A stretch of 64,000 bases of DNA from Anaerohalosphaeraceae bacterium (GTDB taxonomy: Bacteria > Planctomycetota > Phycisphaerae > Sedimentisphaerales > Anaerohalosphaeraceae): positions 3,221 through 67,220 of the forward strand of contig JBDKVE010000298.1 of the NCBI GenBank assembly GCA_039679345.1. The letters run 5' to 3'. This document shows, piece by piece, positions 36,752-45,874 of this stretch. Within the stretch, counting starts at the first letter, position 1, and every line of letters starts with the position of its first letter. The position numbers and the translations under genes were made by a program. The notes beneath the pieces were generated by a model, which saw only the letters and a list, made by a program, of their open reading frames with translations, was not told the DNA's origin and did not search any database.

Positions 36752-37453
36752 ATGGAGAAGAAACTGTTTATTGTATTGACCTTGGCGGCCATCCTCGCCT
36801 GCCCAGTCATGGCTGGGCCAACCCTTGGAGACACAATTAATGTGGCGACATACAATTATAATGTCGGATTAGGAGTGACAATTTATAATCCTGTCACAGC
36901 GGCAAACCAAAGCACAATGGCTAGTATTTTTAAGCTTAATAGCAACTATGGAACCCTTTATGGTTTCTGTGTTGACTTGTATGACACTGCTTATGTACCT
37001 TCCAGCTATAAAGGTGTTGAGGTTGCGGAAGTTCCTTCGGATATGAACTTAGGGGCAGGGATGGGAGATGGTAATGCCGAGTTGATTGCGAAACTTTATT
37101 CAAAGGCTTATACAAACACTGTAACAACAAACAAGATTCAAGCCGCAGCATTTCAGTTAGCCGTCTGGAATATAATTTATGACGATGATTCTACAATTGC
37201 TGGTGGAAGTTTCTATGTGGTGAATCCGACGGGCGATGTAAGCGATGCAATAGATCAAGCAAACACTTGGTTAACAAACTTGTCAGATCACAATGGGAGT
37301 AGCAGTTTACTTGGTTTAAGAAATATTGATTCTACTTTTGGTGAAAGTAAATATCAAGATTATGTAATACCAGTTCCCGCTCCTGGAGCGATTCTGCTGG
37401 CTTCGATGGGTATGGGGCTGGTTGGCTGGCTGAGACGGCGTCAGGCTCTGTAA
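36752..37453 (+). CDS. PEP-CTERM-anchored secreted protein, family B (B2), single conserved Cys
   Basis: The start is taken at MEKKLFIV (SD aaggag). GTLYGFCVDLYD; AAAFQLAVWNIIYDDD; tail VIPVPAPGAILLASMGMGLVGWLRRRQAL. Confidence 0.88.
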   Translation: MEKKLFIVLTLAAILACPVMAGPTLGDTINVATYNYNVGLGVTIYNPVTAANQSTMASIFKLNSNYGTLYGFCVDLYDTAYVPSSYKGVEVAEVPSDMNLGAGMGDGNAELIAKLYSKAYTNTVTTNKIQAAAFQLAVWNIIYDDDSTIAGGSFYVVNPTGDVSDAIDQANTWLTNLSDHNGSSSLLGLRNIDSTFGESKYQDYVIPVPAPGAILLASMGMGLVGWLRRRQAL

Positions 37454-37487
37454 GCTGTTACTTTGTAAACGATTAACACGTGTTCAA

Positions 37488-37517
37488 AGCCGCGGAATGG
37501 ATGTCCGCGGCTTTTTT
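37488..37517 (+). terminator. Terminator after B2
   Basis: agccgcgga pairs with tccgcggct, followed by tttttt. Confidence 0.85.
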
Positions 37518-37961
37518 GTTTCTACAAAGCTTTGCCGGTATTCGGATTTTGGGTATTTCTTCATTGTCGTAAAAGCTCCTAATCTCCCTTTGATAAATGT
37601 GACTGCAGCATCCCGCTCTATTTTATGAATCAAGCCTGTTGGGTTATCGGACTGTTGTTGGATCTCAAGAGTCAGTCTCTATGCACCATTTAATGTTCGT
37701 AGGGCAATTTTGAGACGAGGGGGAATAAGGGATGTTACAAAAGTCATATATTTGCGTAATTTGGTAAAAATTCAGTCAAAAAAGCCGATTCTAAGTTAGT
37801 ATAGATGATAGAGGCAGATTGGGATTGCGGGGATGTTTTGTTTAGAAGCGGCTTAAGGATAAATGAATTGTATATAACTATTGTATTTATAACAGCTTGT
37901 AGCTTAATTCAGACATTGGGTTGAGACGTTCTTGTCTGACGGAATGGATAAAGGATTTAAT

Positions 37962-40900
37962 ATGGCTGTATTGTCTCAAAAAGCGACTAATAGACATAAA
38001 AGAACAAATGATCCATTGAGTCCGATGGGTTATTCCTTATGGATGGTTTTTGCCGGCCTTCTGTTCTTAACGTTTACTGTAAAAGCAGAAACATTGACGA
38101 TTACAGATGGCGTTGTGACATACAACAGCTTGTCCAATATGACGGTGAACATGAGTGGGGTGTCGGAATTGCATATTACCAGTGCGACAGCTCCGCTGGC
38201 CGGGTGCACGATTAATCTGGACTCTGTGGATTCATTTTTATTTCTGGAAAATGTCAAGCCTTCAACGGCAAACTCGACCTACCTGAGTCAGATTAAGTTC
38301 AACGGGGCAAACGCGGTTCTGGGGACCAATGTCCGGGTTGTGGAATATGCGGCTGGGGCGGTCATTATACCGCAATCCTCGGTCTTCCAGCCATTGCAGG
38401 TTTTTACGGAAGAGAATTTTCAGGGCAATTCCGCCTATTTAAATCAATACACGGCCTATAATACCAGTTCTCTGGGAACAATGGCATCATCGATCAGTTC
38501 TTTTATTTTAAAGCGGGGCTATACCGCGACATTTGCCCAGAATGAAAACGGCACTGGCTACAGCAAGAACTATGTGGCGCAGGACTGTGATCTGGAAATT
38601 GGTGTTCTTCCGGGCAAGCTCAACGATAAGATTAATTTTGTCCGGGTGTTCCCCTGGCGGTGGGTGAGCAAGAAGGGCATCGCAGGCAACATTGGCTCCA
38701 ACCTGAATATTAAGTGGTGGTATAACTGGAACCTCGACCAGAATTCAACCCTGGACAAGGAATATGTCCCCATACGTCAGAATCGCTGGTGGCCGGGCCT
38801 GAATCAGAATTGGCAGACGCGAGGCGCCAGTCATCTGCTGGGCTATAACGAGCCGGATAATTCAAGCGAAGCCAATATCGCCGTCAGCGATGCGATATGG
38901 TCATGGCCGGATTTGCTTGGGACGGGGCTGCGTGTGGGTTCGCCTGCGCCGACTGATGGCGGGCGGAGCAGTTGGCTGTATCCGTTCATCCAGCATGCGG
39001 ATGCTGCTGATTTGCGGGTCGATTTTGTGGCAGTACATTACTATTGGTGCTACAATCCATCCAATGCCAGCGGTGCGGCAACGCAAATGTACAATTTCCT
39101 TAAAGAGGTCCATGACAACACAGGCCGGCCTATCTGGGTGACGGAGTGGAACAATGGTGCCAACTGGACCGGATGCGGCGATCCGACGTATGCTCAGCAG
39201 GCGGCCGCTATTGGCGCAATGATTGATATGCTCGACAGTACACCGTGGGTCGAGCGGTATGCGATTTATAACTGGGTGGAGGACGTGCGGCGTGTGGAAT
39301 GGGATGACGGCTGGCCGACCGATGCAGGTGCTATCTATCGTGACCAGGTTTCTCCGATTGGCTACCTGCAGGAGGTTCCTGGTTCCGGACGAAGCACCAA
39401 CGCCATTTATTGCTTCGATGAGAATTTCCGGGACAGTTCAGGCAATGGCAACAATCTTCTGAGGTATGGAGCGCCGAAGCTGACCGCAGGACGGGATGGC
39501 AACGTCCTTGTTCTGGATGGGGCAGACGATTATCTGGTGCTGCCAACGCATATTGGCGAATGTGCTGATTTTACATTTGCCGCCTGGGTCTATTGGAACG
39601 GAGGCAATCCATGGCAGCGTATTTTTGATTTTGGAAACAATACAACACAGTATATGTTTTTAACCCCTTCCTCCGGCGGTAATACGCTCCGTTTTGGGAT
39701 TACGACTTCAGGGAATAGTTCCGGTGAACAGCAGATTAATACGTCCGGATTGACTGTGGGACAGTGGACGCATGTGGCCGTTACCCTGAACAGCAATGTC
39801 GGCACAATTTATGTCAACGGTACACCGCGGGCGACGAATGCCTCGATGACGATTAATCCATCCGATTTCCAGCCTTCCAAAAATTACCTCGGCAAGAGCC
39901 AGTGGCCTGATCCGCTGTTCAATGGGATGATGGATGATGTTATGATTGCGGATTATGCGTTGACTGCTGACCAGATTGCGGAGTTGATGACCACGACCCA
40001 GCCGGCTCAGTTTATTACGGCTCCTCTGAATATCATTAGTGTTGCTGCCGGTTCAGAAGAGTCAGGTAACCCGGCCGTCAATTCATACGACCGTAACCGA
40101 GGGACTCGCTGGGCCAATGATGGGACTGTTGCCAATGCCTGGATCAAATACGACCTGGGGGCTGTCTCTGAAATTGATCGCGTAAAAGTGAAATTGAATA
40201 GTGGTAATTCCCGCACCTATCCTGTTCGGATCGAGGTTGATGGTGTTCAAGTCTTCAGCGGCAATACGAATATGACCAGTGGATATTGGCAAACCTCATT
40301 TACACCCACCCGCGGCCGTTATGTTACGATTACCATGACAGGCAACAATAGTGCCGGCAGCGGATGGTTCAGTATTTTAGAGTCGCAAATTTGGAGTCCT
40401 CTCAATAAGCCGCCATTCTTCAATACAAATGCTTTTAACGAGGTTGACGCGACCGAGGGTGCTGTTTACAGCAGTACTCTGGCTGATAACGCTAGTGATC
40501 TAGAAAACGGTTTGCTGATATTCAGCAAAGACGCCGGCTCAGACTGGCTGATTGTATCGCCGGACGGTACGCTTTCAGGCATCCCGCAGGATTCAAATGT
40601 CGGAGCCAACGCCTTTACAGTTCGCGTTACCGACCCCAAGGGATTTTATGATACTGCCACGATGACGATTCAAGCAGCCAACGTCTATTCCGGGGTTCGA
40701 GGATTAGAGGACTTATACGGACTCGCTGCCCGGTGGTTGATGCAGAATTGTGTAGATACCCCTGCCTGCAATGGTGCTGATTTGAATGCTGATAGCAGTG
40801 TTGATATGTCGGATGTTTCGGTGTTGGCCAGTCACTGGCTGTCTGACGAAAATCTTCAGCTCCATTTCAAATTTGACGAAATGAGCGGCGATGCTGCCAT

Positions 40901-41483
40901 GGACGATTCAATCTATAAAAGATATGGCTTGCTTGTCAATGGTCCAATTTGGTCTCCGGGGGTTTCCGGCGGGGCATTGAGTTTTGACGGTGTAGATGAT
41001 TATGTGGTTGTTTCCGATTATCAGGGCATTGCTGGTTCTGCTTCCCGGACTTGTACGGCATGGATCAAGACTACACCTGCAAATATCGATCAGAATATCT
41101 TGTCTTGGGGTACGGCAGCGACCGGCCAGAAATGGATGTTCCGCACACAGGCCGGCGGTGGGGAACCTGCAATTGCGGTCTGGGGTGGCTACTGTAAGGG
41201 GAACACCTCCGTCTGCGACAATCAATGGCATCATGTCGCTGCGGTTCTTGTGGATGATGGGTCTGCAACAGTGAATGAAGTCCTGCTGTATGTAGATGGT
41301 CAACTGCAGGCACCCTCGTTTGTCAACACCCAGGCTGTGAATACTCTCCGTAACGATTCGCTTTATATTGGAGCCTTTGAGAACAACGGACTTTTGCAGA
41401 ATTTCTTCTGCGGACTCATTGACGATGTCCGGATTTACCACCGTGCCCTCGATGCAGAAGAAATCGCTGAAATAACAAAATAA
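37962..41483 (+). CDS. Secreted multidomain protein: GH128-like (Glyco_hydro_cc) catalytic core + LamG + F5/8-type-C/CBM32-like + Ig-like + dockerin-like + LamG
   Basis: KWWYNWN, LLGYNEPD, VGSPAP, DFVAVHYYW and PIWVTEWN match the glycosyl-hydrolase catalytic-core family. LamG: LDGADDYLVLP..FTFAAWVYW..QWTHVAVT..IYVNG..DDVMIADYAL. Discoidin-like: RGTRWANDG..AWIKYDLG. Dockerin-like: DLNADSSVDMSDVSVLASHWL. A second LamG sits at the C-terminus. The start is taken at ATG 37962 (the track uses TTG 37932). Confidence 0.8.
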   Translation: MAVLSQKATNRHKRTNDPLSPMGYSLWMVFAGLLFLTFTVKAETLTITDGVVTYNSLSNMTVNMSGVSELHITSATAPLAGCTINLDSVDSFLFLENVKPSTANSTYLSQIKFNGANAVLGTNVRVVEYAAGAVIIPQSSVFQPLQVFTEENFQGNSAYLNQYTAYNTSSLGTMASSISSFILKRGYTATFAQNENGTGYSKNYVAQDCDLEIGVLPGKLNDKINFVRVFPWRWVSKKGIAGNIGSNLNIKWWYNWNLDQNSTLDKEYVPIRQNRWWPGLNQNWQTRGASHLLGYNEPDNSSEANIAVSDAIWSWPDLLGTGLRVGSPAPTDGGRSSWLYPFIQHADAADLRVDFVAVHYYWCYNPSNASGAATQMYNFLKEVHDNTGRPIWVTEWNNGANWTGCGDPTYAQQAAAIGAMIDMLDSTPWVERYAIYNWVEDVRRVEWDDGWPTDAGAIYRDQVSPIGYLQEVPGSGRSTNAIYCFDENFRDSSGNGNNLLRYGAPKLTAGRDGNVLVLDGADDYLVLPTHIGECADFTFAAWVYWNGGNPWQRIFDFGNNTTQYMFLTPSSGGNTLRFGITTSGNSSGEQQINTSGLTVGQWTHVAVTLNSNVGTIYVNGTPRATNASMTINPSDFQPSKNYLGKSQWPDPLFNGMMDDVMIADYALTADQIAELMTTTQPAQFITAPLNIISVAAGSEESGNPAVNSYDRNRGTRWANDGTVANAWIKYDLGAVSEIDRVKVKLNSGNSRTYPVRIEVDGVQVFSGNTNMTSGYWQTSFTPTRGRYVTITMTGNNSAGSGWFSILESQIWSPLNKPPFFNTNAFNEVDATEGAVYSSTLADNASDLENGLLIFSKDAGSDWLIVSPDGTLSGIPQDSNVGANAFTVRVTDPKGFYDTATMTIQAANVYSGVRGLEDLYGLAARWLMQNCVDTPACNGADLNADSSVDMSDVSVLASHWLSDENLQLHFKFDEMSGDAAMDDSIYKRYGLLVNGPIWSPGVSGGALSFDGVDDYVVVSDYQGIAGSASRTCTAWIKTTPANIDQNILSWGTAATGQKWMFRTQAGGGEPAIAVWGGYCKGNTSVCDNQWHHVAAVLVDDGSATVNEVLLYVDGQLQAPSFVNTQAVNTLRNDSLYIGAFENNGLLQNFFCGLIDDVRIYHRALDAEEIAEITK

Positions 41484-41617
41484 ATGATATGCAATAAGAG
41501 GCAATTCAAGCGTATAATTTGTCTTGGTATAGTATGTATATATAATAACTGTAATATATATACAATTATATATTTATTTCCTTGCTCTCCTATGAGTTGA
41601 CATATCCGGCATTATTC

Positions 41618-41646
41618 TTGCAAATCCGGCGTTGTCGGAGTATAAA
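41618..41646 (+). promoter_or_regulatory. Sigma70-like promoter for prfB
   Basis: TTGCAA (41618..41623), 17 nt, TATAAA (41641..41646). Confidence 0.45.
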
Positions 41647-41691
41647 ACACCATAGTTTATTGTAGAAAAAAGACTTAAACAGTTTGGAACT

Positions 41692-42832
41692 ATGGAAAAA
41701 TCAGAACTTCGCCAATGGATCGAAACCCTGTCGGCCCGGATAATACATATTCGGGACTGGCTTTGACATACCCACAAAAATTGCACAACGCCAGGATTGT
41801 GACCAGAAAATGGCACAGCCGGGCTTTTGGGATAATCCCGAAAAGGCCAAATCTGTTGTAACTCAAATTAGCGCGCTTAAGTCTGTTATAGAGCCGGTGT
41901 TAGAGGCAGAACGTAATATTCAGGACATTTCGGACCTGTTTGATTTGGCATCTGAAGAAGATGATGTCCAAACACTGATTACGGTCGAAAAGGATCTGAA
42001 GGCCTTAGACCAGGCTTGTGAAAAGATTGAAATATCGGGGATGCTGAATGGGCCGGATGATATGCGAAGCTGCTTTTTCAGTATCCATGCGGGGGCGGGC
42101 GGTACCGAAAGCTGTGACTGGGCGAGTATGCTGTTGCGGATGTACGCCCGATATTTTGAACGAAATGGTTATACCTGTGAGGAGATGGACATTACCGAGG
42201 GGGAAGAAGCAGGAATTCGCTCTATAACACTGCGTGTGGCCGGCCCCTTTGCGTTCGGCAAATTATCCTGTGAGACGGGGGTTCATCGCCTGGTACGCAT
42301 CAGTCCGTTTGATGCCAATGCCCGGCGGCACACAAGCTTTGCGGCGGTGGATGTAATCCCCGAATACGACGATGACATTGAGATTGAAATCAAGGATGAA
42401 GACCTTCGGGTGGATACCTATCGAGCCAGCGGTGCCGGCGGTCAGCACGTCAATAAGACCAGTTCAGCGATCCGGCTGACGCACTTACCGACAGGTATTG
42501 TTGTGCAGTGTCAAAACGACCGCAGTCAGCATAAAAACCGTGCTGAGGCCATGAAAATGCTCAAAGGCAAGCTGTATATGATAGAGCAGCAGAAGCGCGA
42601 TGCGGAACTGGCCAAACTGTACAGCAGCAAAGGCCAGATTGCCTGGGGCAACCAGATTCGCAGCTATGTGCTCCAACCGTATCAATTAATCAAGGATCAC
42701 CGGACCGACCATCAGACCGGACAGGTGGATGCCGTGCTGGATGGCGAGATTGAAGATTTTATCGAGAGTTATTTGCGTTACCGTGCCGAGAAAAAACATA
42801 AACAGCAGGAAACCGTAAAGGTTAAGTCATAA
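41692..42832 (+). CDS. prfB: Peptide chain release factor 2, programmed +1 frameshift: join(41692..41763,41765..42832)
   Basis: Frame 0 gives MEKSELRQWIETLSARIIHIRDWL and ends at CTT TGA C (41761..41767). The +1 frame continues DIPTKIAQRQDCDQKMAQPGFWDNPEKAKSV.., with the SPF (RISPFDA) and GGQ (SGAGGQHVNKT) motifs. The ORF track only reports 41810..42832. Confidence 0.93.
41753..41767 (+). promoter_or_regulatory. RF2 autoregulatory frameshift site
   Basis: An internal SD-like GGGA (41753..41756) lies 4 nt before the slippery CTT, followed by in-frame TGA then C. This is the canonical CUU UGA C context. Confidence 0.85.
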
Positions 42833-44262
42833 TGGGCATTTCTCGCAGAATGTTTTTGCAGACGGCTGGGTTGCTGGGAATCGGGTCGCTTTTACCGAGC
42901 TGCAGTGCTTGGGAGTCAAACGGCCATCGCAGGCAGTCAAAGCCGAATGTGATTTATATTCTGGCTGATGATTTGGGGTATGGGGATTTGAGCTGTTACG
43001 GGCAAAAGCGATTTGCAACACCCAATCTGGATCGCCTGGCTCAGGAGGGAATGCGATTTACACAGCATTATGCCGGCAGCACGGTCTGTGCTCCCAGTCG
43101 ATGCTGTTTGATGACAGGACTGCACACCGGCCACGCCCAGATACGCGGAAACAAGGGAGTCGAGCCGGAAGGGCAGTATCCGCTGGCGGAGGGAACCTAT
43201 ACGCTGCCGCGGATGTTTAAAGATGCCGGGTATGCGACTGGCGCATTCGGCAAGTGGGGATTGGGCGGAACCGGCAACAGCGGCGATCCGAGCCGCCAGG
43301 GATTTGATTTATTCTTTGGCTATAAATGTCAGAGTCTGGCTCATTTTTATTATCCGAAGTATTTATGGCGCAATGAAGACAAGGTTGAATTGCCGGACAA
43401 TGACCCAAAGACACAGCAGGGACTCTATTCATCCGACTTAATTATGGATGAGGCGTTACAGTTTGTCCGGGCTAATAAAGATAAACCATTTTTTATGTAT
43501 TTGACGGGAACAATTCCTCATGCGGAATTGGCCGTGCCGGAAAAAAACCTGGCCGAATTCAGGGGGAAATATCCGGAAAAACCTTTTGCCGGCAATCACT
43601 ATGGTGCCCAGCCGACACCTCGTGCCGCCTTTGCGGCGATGGTCAGTAAATTGGATGGTGATGTTGGTCGGGTGATGGACATGCTGAGAGAGCTTGGTCT
43701 GGATAATAATACCCTCGTTATGTTTTCCAGTGATAACGGGCCGCATAAAGAAGGCGGTGCCGATCCGGACTTCTTCGACAGCAATGGTCCATTGAAAGGC
43801 TATAAGCGGGATGTGTATGAAGGCGGGATTCGTGTCCCGATGATTGCCCGCTGGCCCGGGATGATTGCCGCCGGAACCGTAACGGATCACATCAGTGCCT
43901 TTTGGGATGTATTGCCGACGTGTGCAGAGCTTGCGGGCGGCAACAGTCCTGCCTGTGATGGATTGTCGTTCCTGCCGACACTGCTGGGGCGGGACAAGGA
44001 CCAGAAACAGCATGAGTATTTGTATTGGGAATTTCATGAGCAGGGCGGCAAGCAGGCGATACGGATGGGCCAATGGAAAGCGGTGCGTCTGAATGTGATG
44101 AAGAATCCGGATGCTGCGATTGAACTATACGACTTGAGCAGTGACATTGGGGAGCAGAAAAATGTTGCCGCAGACCACCCCGATATTACGACGAAAATGA
44201 AAGCGATATGTCTTGCGGCCCATCAGCCGAATAAGCAATTTCCTTTTTTTAATAATGAATAA
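42832..44262 (+). CDS. Cys-type sulfatase (arylsulfatase A / N-acetylgalactosamine-6-sulfatase-like) with Tat-type signal
   Basis: MGISRRMFLQTAGLLGIGSLLPSCSA is a twin-Arg signal with a possible lipobox. STVCAPSRCCLMTG is the C-x-P-x-R formylglycine motif. The ATG overlaps the prfB stop (TAATG). Confidence 0.9.
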   Translation: MGISRRMFLQTAGLLGIGSLLPSCSAWESNGHRRQSKPNVIYILADDLGYGDLSCYGQKRFATPNLDRLAQEGMRFTQHYAGSTVCAPSRCCLMTGLHTGHAQIRGNKGVEPEGQYPLAEGTYTLPRMFKDAGYATGAFGKWGLGGTGNSGDPSRQGFDLFFGYKCQSLAHFYYPKYLWRNEDKVELPDNDPKTQQGLYSSDLIMDEALQFVRANKDKPFFMYLTGTIPHAELAVPEKNLAEFRGKYPEKPFAGNHYGAQPTPRAAFAAMVSKLDGDVGRVMDMLRELGLDNNTLVMFSSDNGPHKEGGADPDFFDSNGPLKGYKRDVYEGGIRVPMIARWPGMIAAGTVTDHISAFWDVLPTCAELAGGNSPACDGLSFLPTLLGRDKDQKQHEYLYWEFHEQGGKQAIRMGQWKAVRLNVMKNPDAAIELYDLSSDIGEQKNVAADHPDITTKMKAICLAAHQPNKQFPFFNNE

Positions 44263-44290
44263 GTGTGACTATGATAAGCAGGGAAAGATA

Positions 44291-45805
44291 ATGAAACCGA
44301 TAGTACAGATTGATGTCAAGGCGGTATGTGCGGAAATAACAGCGATCAAGACGGATCTTCTGGCGCTGGGTGTATGTGAAGGCAAACTGTCCGGCCCGGC
44401 TGAGCAGATTGATAAAAAACTCAACGGGGCGATTGCCGCCCTGGTCAAACTGGGTGATTTCAAAGGCATGTCCGGAACCACCGGTCTGATTTATTCGCAG
44501 TCCAAAATCGGAGCAGCCAGAGTATTGCTGGTTGGGCTGGGCAAATCCGACAAGGTGAATACGGATGTACTGCGTAAAGCGGCGGCGGTTGCCTCAGCCA
44601 AAGCCCTGGAGCTGAAGGCCCAGACGATTGATGTGTGCCTGCATCAGGTGGTACCGATTTCTGATTCTTCGACGGCGATCCAGGCGATTACCGAGGGCCT
44701 TTATTTTGGTTCTTACCAATACAGCGAATTTCTCAGTTCGGATAAGGAGAAGAATCACAAACTATCATCCATTAAGGCGTTTATTGCGGATGCCTCCAAG
44801 ACATTTGTTTCCACCGCCGCCAAAGCGGTTGCTGCGGGAACCATTTACGGCAGTGCACAAAACTATGCCAGAACGCTGGCCAATCGTCCGGCCAATGTGA
44901 TTTCTCCGCAGACTTTGGCCGACGAAGCAAAAAAAATGGCCCGGCAGTTTGGATTACGATGTACCGTGCTGGATGAAAAACAGCTTGCCGCCAAAAAAAT
45001 GGGGGGGATACTGGCCGTCGGTCAGGGGTCGGCCAATAAGCCCCGACTGATTATTCTGGAATATAAGCCTGCCAAAGCTTCAAAGAATGCCCCTGTAATC
45101 GGCCTGGTCGGCAAGGCGATTACCTTTGACTCCGGTGGTATCAGCATCAAACCCGGCGAAGGCATGCACGACATGAAATTCGATAAATCCGGAGGTATGG
45201 CTGTGCTTGGGGCGATGCAGGCGATTGCGCGTCTCAAGCCGACGGCGCGTGTGCTGGGGTTGATTCCGGCTGCGGAAAATATGCCCAGCGGATTGGCCTA
45301 TCGGCCCGGCGATATTATTACGACCTATAGCGGCAAGACGGTGGAAATTCAGAACACCGACGCCGAAGGCCGGATGATTCTGTGTGATGCACTGGCTTAT
45401 GCCGAGCAACTGGGGTGCAAGACGATTGTGGATGTTGCGACATTGACGGGGGCGTGCGTGGTGGCTATCGGACAAAAACGGGCCGGAGTCATGGGCAACG
45501 ACGAAAGTCTGATTGAACAAATAAAGGCGGCATCGCAAAAAACCGGCGAACGTGTCTGGCATTTGCCCTGTGATGATGAATACGTGGAAGCCATGAAAAG
45601 CAAGATTGCGGACCTGAAAAATACCGGCGGTCGCTGGGCGGCGGCGTGCACGGCGGCGGCGTTTTTGAGCCAGTTTATTAAAGATGCCAGGTGGGCTCAT
45701 ATCGATATTGCCGGCGTTGGAGTCTGGGGAGCCGATGAAGGGGCCGCTCCGGGATCCATTGGATTTGGAGTCAGACTGTTATCTTCTTTTGTGAGGGATC
45801 GGTAA
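44291..45805 (+). CDS. pepA: Leucyl aminopeptidase (M17)
   Basis: VGKAITFDSGGISIKPG and the NTDAEGRMILCDAL signature. The start is taken at MKPIVQID (SD gggaaag), not the track start at 44213. Confidence 0.92.
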   Translation: MKPIVQIDVKAVCAEITAIKTDLLALGVCEGKLSGPAEQIDKKLNGAIAALVKLGDFKGMSGTTGLIYSQSKIGAARVLLVGLGKSDKVNTDVLRKAAAVASAKALELKAQTIDVCLHQVVPISDSSTAIQAITEGLYFGSYQYSEFLSSDKEKNHKLSSIKAFIADASKTFVSTAAKAVAAGTIYGSAQNYARTLANRPANVISPQTLADEAKKMARQFGLRCTVLDEKQLAAKKMGGILAVGQGSANKPRLIILEYKPAKASKNAPVIGLVGKAITFDSGGISIKPGEGMHDMKFDKSGGMAVLGAMQAIARLKPTARVLGLIPAAENMPSGLAYRPGDIITTYSGKTVEIQNTDAEGRMILCDALAYAEQLGCKTIVDVATLTGACVVAIGQKRAGVMGNDESLIEQIKAASQKTGERVWHLPCDDEYVEAMKSKIADLKNTGGRWAAACTAAAFLSQFIKDARWAHIDIAGVGVWGADEGAAPGSIGFGVRLLSSFVRDR

Positions 45806-45874
45806 GAGTTATATTGAGGTTGATTGAATACAATAAAACTAAGGAATTTAAGATAAGAAAGAAATGGAGTAGAG

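Noticed and set aside
41536-41580. TA-rich tract (tatagtatgtatatataataactgtaatatatatacaattatatatttattt) as a possible mobile-element end or att site.
   Set aside because: There are no flanking direct repeats, integrase or transposase. It is most simply AT-rich curved DNA between a gene end and the prfB promoter.
41574-41816. 80-aa minus-strand ORF opposite the prfB leader.
   Set aside because: The region is explained by the RF2 frame-0 leader and frameshift site on the plus strand.
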